A stretch of DNA of 63,742 nucleotides, filler included, from Octopus bimaculoides (Eukaryota): the NCBI RefSeq assembly GCF_001194135.2. It is 4 parts of 4 records of this genome, joined end to end, with 100 filler letters (N's around TTAATTAATTAA, not from the genome) between each part and the next. Parts side by side here need not be neighbours in the genome. Positions count along the whole stretch, not along the records: positions 62,369 to 63,742 come from NW_026394725.1; 3 more parts are not named here. One strand, 5' to 3'. A program made the translations under genes and the position numbers. The notes beneath the pieces are model-generated. The model saw only the letters and a program-made list of their open reading frames with translations, had not been told where the DNA came from and did not search any database. This document shows positions 63,664 to 63,742 of the stretch, one piece after another. Position 1 is the stretch's first letter, and the number at the start of each line of letters is the position of its first letter.

Positions 63664-63742
63664 CATTTTCATTTTTCATTTTCATTTCATCTACTTTCAG
63701 CTCATTAGCTGTGGCCATGCTGGGGCACCGCCATTTGGTGTT

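Overview
Repeat-saturated, gap-rich eukaryotic draft scaffold, most likely Octopus (inferred from octopus-type tRNA-derived SINEs and dense (TA)n/(CA)n/(TACA)n microsatellites). No host protein-coding gene can be assembled with confidence, and most long ORFs in the track are microsatellite or N-gap artefacts. Identifiable content: RTE, CR1 and Tx1 LINE remnants, a Ty3/gypsy pol fragment, a full-length decayed DD34D mariner, DD37D-like Tc1/mariner remnants, a hAT transposase remnant, two MITEs, an internally deleted Helitron, a Penelope-like GIY-YIG domain and about 30 SINE copies. The main discovery candidate is 10.4-23.8 kb, where six divergent homologues of one Tx1-type ORF1 (RRM-like domain plus CCHC knuckle) are packed mostly head-to-tail. 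Only one is followed by ORF2. Two run from ORF1 into a LINE-like 3' end with no ORF2 visible (HAL1/HeT-A-like ORF1-only elements; one spans a 236-N gap). The same 3'-end/5'-end junction recurs three times, suggesting self-targeted insertion, and the same 3' tail is carried by a SINE variant at 61.4 kb. Also found: three minimal hammerhead-ribozyme-like motifs (51.8, 53.2, 57.8 kb), a GIY-YIG ORF framed by ~215-bp inverted repeats, and a YY1/NRF1/ETS promoter-like cluster at 31.25 kb.
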